Of a stretch of DNA of 64,000 bases, positions 63,984-64,000 are shown piece after piece. Source of the stretch: Camelus dromedarius (lineage: Eukaryota); NCBI RefSeq assembly GCF_036321535.1, contig NC_087436.1, forward strand, positions 1,178,001 through 1,242,000, written 5' to 3'. The position numbers were made by a program, and so were the translations under genes. Every line of letters begins with the position of its first letter. Positions within the stretch are counted from its first letter, which is position 1. The notes beneath the pieces are model-generated. The model searched no databases, was not told the DNA's origin, and worked only from the letters and a program-made list of their open reading frames with translations.

Positions 63984-64000
63984 ATGTATGGAATGGAGTT

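Larger units (their letters stand above)
1..64000 (+). repeat. Tandem satellite DNA array, 249-bp monomer, 257 full copies (probably centromeric/pericentromeric)
   Basis: Consensus ATGTATGGAATGGAGTTTGCAACTGAAAAGAAACTTTGTGTTCCCAACAAGCTAGGTGAAGGACGGCTTTCACACACACTTATCTCTCAGAACTGAGCAAGTGGAGAGACGTTCGTTCATCTAGCACCAAGGGAACGGGTTGCAGGAGACACTTTTTCTCTGCTTTCTCAGTCTGTTTCCTAGTGCCGGTTTGAAGTTCCTGCAGTTTTCACTGT(A/C/G)AAACCGAGTTGGAGCT(A/T)GTACCTCCCCATATAT starts at 1, 250, 499, 748 and so on to 63736 and 63984. The phase is fully explained by 257x249 with a net -10 bp from 12 small indels. Monomers differ by only a few substitutions. Centromeric location is inference only. Confidence 0.99.

Noticed and set aside
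1..64000. CRISPR array or other repeat-spacer system
   Set aside because: There are no unique spacers, the entire 249-bp unit is repeated, and no cas or other genes are present.
1..64000. Inversions, transposon insertions or telomeric repeats in the array
   Set aside because: Monomer phase and orientation can be followed continuously from 1 to 63984, leaving no room for inserted sequence.

Overview
The whole 64-kb window is one uninterrupted head-to-tail satellite DNA array. It holds 257 complete copies plus 17 bp of a 249-bp monomer (~45% GC by hand count), all in the same orientation. I found no genes, RNA genes, transposons, inversions or unique sequence. Every ORF in the track is a reading frame of the satellite monomer. 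The array looks like eukaryotic centromeric or pericentromeric satellite, but function and species cannot be established from the sequence alone. The structure is in the monomer variants. There are nested recent tandem duplications of 1, 2, 4, 5, 6, 9 and 28 monomers, several with chimeric junction monomers. A conserved order of about 12 monomer types suggests an older, scrambled higher-order repeat (HOR). A central domain is enriched in its own monomer subtypes. The monomer itself appears to be an ancient dimer of ~125-bp halves, is dense in short dyad symmetries, and has no intact CENP-B box. All comparisons were made by eye, so counts of differences are minimum values.
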